In this document: one piece after another, positions 63,304-64,000 of the stretch | Numbering within the stretch: the stretch's first letter is position 1 | Layout: each line of letters starts with the position of its first letter | The notes under the pieces: model-generated | What the model was told of the DNA's origin: nothing | Seen by the model: only the letters and a program-made list of their open reading frames with translations | The model's database searches: none | Source: Eledone cirrhosa | Taxonomy: Eukaryota | Length of the DNA: 64,000 nucleotides | Assembly (NCBI GenBank): GCA_964016885.1 | Contig: OZ024752.1 | Span: forward strand, 22,506,001-22,570,000 | Direction: 5' to 3' | Translations under genes and position numbers: made by a program

Positions 63304-63732
63304 AATGTGAAATGGGCGAAAATTGTCTGAGTCGTGTCTGGATACAGACAAAGGGGTAGTACCAATGCTCTGATTGCCATGAAAATTTACACATTAATGT
63401 AAAAGGTGCCGCGGAAGCGATAGGTCTACTTGGGGTTCTCTAAATTTTTCTATCGATTTTACCTCCCTATAGTTTCTTAGCTTTACTCTCTCCGTCGCTC
63501 TTCCCTCTCTCTATAATAGATCATTCCCCCTCTCTATAATTTAACTACTTTACTCTCTCTGTCGCTCTTCACTCCCTATATGACAACACTGCAGAGAGAT
63601 ATAGGCCGTTAGACAGAGGGAGATACAATTAACGTGTTAGATATTCAGAGAGAGAGAGACAGAGAGGGACCAGCAAACTTTAGTTAACGTTCAGTCACGT
63701 GTTATATATCTTTGGTCTGTCGTCACTCGCAT

Positions 63733-63771
<39 letters not shown>

Positions 63772-64000
63772 ACACGATACTTATATAAAGCTGAGCGTCG
63801 TGTGTATGCATGTATCCTACACACCTCCCTATACTATTTAACCTAAAATACTTTTATATCCATCTCTTAGTGAAGCATTTCCAATTCATTATACGTAAAC
63901 AATGACATTAATTTTTCGCTTTTAGCTTAGCATTTTACATTCAATGCCTTCCTTTTTTAATGCAACTTTTTATTGAAACGACTACGAGCTCTCAGTGGTT

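Overview
Repeat-dense eukaryotic DNA with no intact cellular gene. I infer a coleoid cephalopod, probably Octopus, from the [17 protein letters not shown]-type C2H2 array, RTE elements with (GAT)n tails, tRNA SINEs and long (TA)n/(ATT)n tracts. The window is a mosaic of mostly decayed retroelements: R4/Dong, L1/Tx1, RTE, CRE and Ingi/Vingi-like LINEs, Penelope-like elements (PLEs), SINEs, four tRNA-Trp-primed CsRn1-type Gypsy elements (two nested in a third, 23.7-36.4 kb) and one rearranged Mag-type Gypsy. It also holds three 47-48 bp minisatellite arrays, a foldback-like element, an orphan 119-aa ORF and a C2H2 zinc-finger pseudogene. The most unusual signal is in the CsRn1-type LTRs. Two of them carry, just after the U3 start, a copy of the tRNA-Trp 3' end (an 'anti-PBS'). 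In one element the LTR+PBS forms an inverted-repeat-bounded cassette that has flipped, and PBS relics appear layered inside LTRs. All coordinates were read by eye and family names come from motif recognition, not database searches.
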